64,000 nt of DNA from Azolla caroliniana (Eukaryota > Plantae > Polypodiophyta). The stretch is taken from NCBI GenBank assembly GCA_043228905.1, contig JBHGNT010000003.1:13826001-13890000 (forward strand), read 5' to 3'. Under the pieces are notes generated by a model. The model had not been told where the DNA came from. It did not search any database and saw only the letters and a list, made by a program, of their open reading frames with translations. This document shows, in pieces, positions 61,001 through 64,000 of the stretch. A program made the position numbers and the translations under genes. Each line of letters opens with the position of its first letter. Position 1 is the first letter of the stretch.

Positions 61001-64000
61001 TGTCAGTTTAACCTTGTGTTTTCAAGAATACAAACTTCTTAGATGATCCTGCTGGTTTGGTCTATATTTTTTAAGATATAATCTCTTGTTCAGTCTTATA
61101 TGCCATTTGCTTCCTAAAGACGTTGGTACATTGTTAAACCAAATTGGAACTAGCACAGAATGCATAGACTAAGTATTCTATATTATAGACATGCAAAAGA
61201 TGAATTCATTTATTTAGTTTTGATTTGTTGTTCTCAAAGATGAGACAACACTGAAGATGTAATCTCTTGTTTGGTCTTATAGGCCATTTTGGCCTCGTAA
61301 AAGACATTAATATATCTTTCTTCCTTTCTTTACTGTGTGGAACCTTAATTCTGAGGTGGTCTGAACCTTTAAATAGTCATTGAAATTATGAGGGGATCTG
61401 AACCTTTACATGGCATCTTGTCTATTAATTTGATAACTTGAACCTTTTATATGAATATGTATCCTTGTGGTTGTATTGAAATTATGTTTATCTGCAGAGT
61501 TGCCATTTACTGAATCTATTATCCGAGGAGCTGTTGGGTGATTTTGAACAATGTGCTAAAGCTTTTATTCCTGTCAGTAACAAATCGTTGATGTCAAAAA
61601 AAAGCTTTTACTTCATCTTTTTGGGTCAATGCATGGTGTGAGTTTTGTTTTCTTTGTCTCCAGGCACTATTGAAACTTGTGGTCATCACAGTATCAGTTA
61701 TTGCAGAGTCGTCAGACAACTGCATCAAAACTGTAAGTATTATGTTGCTTATTTTTATCAGTATGCCTGTTGAATGTACACAGCACTTAAAACTTCTCTA
61801 ATATCATTCTATTATCTACAGTTGCTGAGAAATTGTCGTGTTGCTTGTATTGTGCCTCGCATCATAACCATGGCAAAAAGTGACAGGAGTTGTGTTTTAC
61901 GGGCAAAGTACCGAACTTCTAGTTAATCTTACTTATGTACTTGTTGGTATGGCTTTTGAAACATGTTGGCTTGTGTGGCAGATGTTGTGACTATGCAGTC
62001 CTAGTTTTGGAACAGTGGTCGGATTCACCAGAAATACAGAAACTGGCAGATATCTATGAAGACCTTATCAAGTGCTGTGTAGCAGATGCTATTAGTGAGG
62101 TATGAGGAAAAAGATTTTGAAATAACCCTTAACTCTGCTCATTGCTAATGTTTCTGACGATGTGAAGGTTTTTCTACATATGACATGATCAGAGTCTACT
62201 ATTGTACTGATGTACACTTTCATGCTTCTGAAGGTTCGTTCTTCAGCACGGGTATGTTACCGGGTATTTTCCAAATGTTGGCCTGATCGTGCACGCAGAT
62301 TATTTGCAAGTTTTGATTCTGTAATCCAGAAGGTATGTGAATCTCAAAAAATCTTTTATGGCGCCTGTGTCAAGTCAAGTAATTTTGTTCATCATAATGA
62401 GTAACATGCATAATATTGTTATTCAATGCAATATGAATGTTCTATCTTTAAGTATGATTCAACATCCATGAAATATGTCCTTTTATGTAACCGGTGTGTA
62501 ATATGCTACCACGATCCACAATAACAATGTAGATTGATTGATTGCAGCTCCTCAATGAGGAGGATGGGGGTATCCACAAAAGATATACATCACCTTCCTT
62601 GCGTGACAGGGGTGTTCAACAGCAACACCATTCAACATCAGCTACAGCTGGTGCTCAATCTGCATCTGCTGGAAGTCAGTTAGTATCATTGAGATCTGCT
62701 CCTATTGTTCCAATAGAAAAACCTGGTAGCATTTTGACCACTCAGAAAGAACCTTCAGGGAGAATCTTGGAGAGTGTACTACAGGCTAGTCAACAGCAGG
62801 TGAATGCAATTGAGACGATTCTTGAGGGAATGGATATGTTGGAGAAGAATGATTTATTAAGTGGTCGATCTAATGGAAAAGAACAAGGTAAATATTTTCA
62901 AAGAGTTTTGTGAGTTGCTAAATTTTATAACAGTTATTTTGATGATTTCGCAACCGCTTTACAGAAATTGAAACAAGTTTAGTGGATTACATAATTTCTC
63001 CCTAAAATTCATGGTGTGGGTACAGCCAGTAGAAGTTACACAAGAATACATGCTTCAACCACTGCATCACAGGTTAGTGTTGATCCTCCTTCAGCACGAG
63101 ATCCACCTTTTCCAGCATCCACTCCAATGATTCAACAGGTTGATATCCGCAATTCTTTCACTGCTAATCCAACAAGTTACCTGAGAGGCATTCAAGCTGG
63201 CAACCCTGTACCACCTAGTGCTAATAATATAGGAGCCATACAAACCAGCACTGCTGATATTGTTAGGAGTACATTCTCAAACGGAAACACTACAGCATCA
63301 ATTCTCCCGTTGCATTCTTCCAAATGGGTGCCCATCAATTCAGACGCCTATTACAATGAAAATTGTCATAATTCAATGCCAGGTTTTCAAAGATCTTCAT
63401 TAAGGAACACAACATCAACACGATCTTCTAGCAGGAACAGTTTGGAAGAGGCACAGCTTCCATTTAGTGATGCATATAACTACATGGATAGTTTATTGTC
63501 TATGAATGATGCTTTGTCAGAAGGTTCCAGTCCAAATGCAGACTGGTCCGCAAGAGTTTCCACATTCAGTTATTTGAAGCAACTTCTACAGCAAGGTCCA
63601 AGAGGTGTTCAGGACATACTGCAAAACTTTGAGAAGATTATGAAACATTTTTCAATGTATTTAGATGATCCACATCATAAAGTTGCACAAGCAGCACTAA
63701 CTACTCTAGCTGAACTTATGCCTGCTTGCTGCAAGCGTTTTGAGTGTTACTTAGAAAGGATAGCCCCTCACATTTTCTCACGTTTGGTAGACCCTAAAGA
63801 GTCCATTCGGAAATTGGCTACTGTTGCACTAGAAACTGTGGGCAATCTCTATAGCATTGACTCTTTGTTGCCTGCTCTATTGAGATCAATTGATGAACAA
63901 AGGTCACCCAAAGCAAAGATTGCTGTTATTGAATTTGCAGTAGCTACTTTTGCTAAGCTCGCGATTAACGGTGAAGCTGCAGCTGGAAATAACTTATTAA
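46311..64000 (+). CDS. CLASP: CLIP-associated protein (CLASP), TOG/HEAT-repeat microtubule regulator; 14 exons in window, 3' end outside
   Basis: [23 protein letters not shown]...[40 protein letters not shown] and [12 protein letters not shown] match plant CLASP; all 13 introns GT-AG and in phase. Confidence 0.96.
47200..47620 (-). mobile_element. Degraded RTEX-like LINE fragment in CLASP intron 1
   Basis: Homologous to about 56400-56800 (MIRNKASV versus MIRSKASV). Confidence 0.7.
48664..48819 (+). CDS. CLASP: CLASP exon 2
   Basis: [23 protein letters not shown]; AG/GT borders. Confidence 0.92.
48903..48965 (+). CDS. CLASP: CLASP exon 3
   Basis: [21 protein letters not shown]. Confidence 0.9.
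49426..50620 (-). mobile_element. Solo LTR (copia 2-related, TSD TTCTA/TTCTT) containing a nested LINE 3' fragment at about 49531-50270
   Basis: TG...CA ends; LINE C-terminal [11 protein letters not shown]...LCTL...[10 protein letters not shown]. Confidence 0.8.
50843..50911 (+). CDS. CLASP: CLASP exon 4
   Basis: [23 protein letters not shown]. Confidence 0.9.
51023..51191 (+). CDS. CLASP: CLASP exon 5
   Basis: [14 protein letters not shown]. Confidence 0.9.
52550..52711 (+). CDS. CLASP: CLASP exon 6
   Basis: [14 protein letters not shown]...[14 protein letters not shown]. Confidence 0.9.
52788..52885 (+). CDS. CLASP: CLASP exon 7
   Basis: [22 protein letters not shown]. Confidence 0.92.
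53861..54960 (-). mobile_element. Older 3' fragment of RTEX-like LINE
   Basis: QLEIEVGRY motif; shared 3' end GGTCTTATAGGCCATTTTGG and TTTC tail. Confidence 0.8.
55053..57900 (-). mobile_element. RTEX-like LINE (EN remnant, RT, Cys/His C-terminus, duplicated 3' UTR, (TTTC)n tail); 5'-truncated and internally deleted
   Basis: [43 protein letters not shown]...CQLC...[10 protein letters not shown]. Clade assignment by motif resemblance only. Confidence 0.85.
59211..60140. mobile_element. Cluster of LTR pieces: partial LTR 59211-59440, inverted LTR half 59443-59625, PPT and full LTR 59735-60140
   Basis: Direct and inverted repeats visible; PPT TTAGGAGGGGGAAG. Confidence 0.75.
60497..60727 (+). 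pseudogene. psbA: Nuclear plastid DNA (NUPT): psbA fragment
   Basis: [45 protein letters not shown]...FNLNGFNF, a decayed D1 segment. Confidence 0.92.
60728..60885 (+). pseudogene. ndhD: NUPT: ndhD fragment joined in frame to psbA fragment
   Basis: [26 protein letters not shown] matches NdhD [25 protein letters not shown]. Confidence 0.85.
61200..61331 (+). mobile_element. Short 3'-end copy of the RTEX-like LINE
   Basis: Reverse complement of about 55060-55190, including hairpin and TTTC tail. Confidence 0.8.
61498..61572 (+). CDS. CLASP: CLASP exon 8
   Basis: [25 protein letters not shown]. Confidence 0.9.
61664..61732 (+). CDS. CLASP: CLASP exon 9
   Basis: [23 protein letters not shown]. 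Confidence 0.9.
61822..61907 (+). CDS. CLASP: CLASP exon 10
   Basis: LLRNCRV...[11 protein letters not shown]. Confidence 0.9.
61982..62099 (+). CDS. CLASP: CLASP exon 11
   Basis: [12 protein letters not shown]...[15 protein letters not shown]. Confidence 0.9.
62234..62332 (+). CDS. CLASP: CLASP exon 12
   Basis: [33 protein letters not shown]. Confidence 0.9.
62548..62887 (+). CDS. CLASP: CLASP exon 13
   Basis: [21 protein letters not shown]...[16 protein letters not shown]. Confidence 0.9.
63026..64000 (+). CDS. CLASP: CLASP exon 14 (runs off window)
   Basis: [12 protein letters not shown]...[13 protein letters not shown]...DEQRSPKAK. Confidence 0.9.

Overview
Plant nuclear DNA, most likely a fern or related non-seed plant (inferred from the TE families, a PLS-PPR remnant and unedited plastid fragments). 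Bases 1-45000 are a dense nest of transposable elements. The most notable is a >10.9 kb Sola2-like DNA transposon (1-10932; left end outside the window). It has a two-exon DDD transposase plus convergent cargo: a five-exon RING-H2 gene and an FCP1/UBLCP1-like HAD domain lacking the catalytic Asp. The largest introns of the transposase and of the RING gene are arrays of the 14-bp palindrome TAGCTAATTAGCTA, which also sits at the element terminus and has stop codons in all six frames. This transposon is the innermost layer of a six-level nest (L1 LINE < copia < LTR element < LTR element with tRNA-Trp PBS < copia < Sola2). Also present are a young gag-only LTR element with a perfect TSD, a two-LTR copia, chromovirus and other gypsy fragments, and solo LTRs. 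Bases 46311-64000 hold the first 14 exons of a CLASP gene, whose introns contain RTEX-like LINEs, LTR pieces and an in-frame psbA/ndhD plastid chimera.
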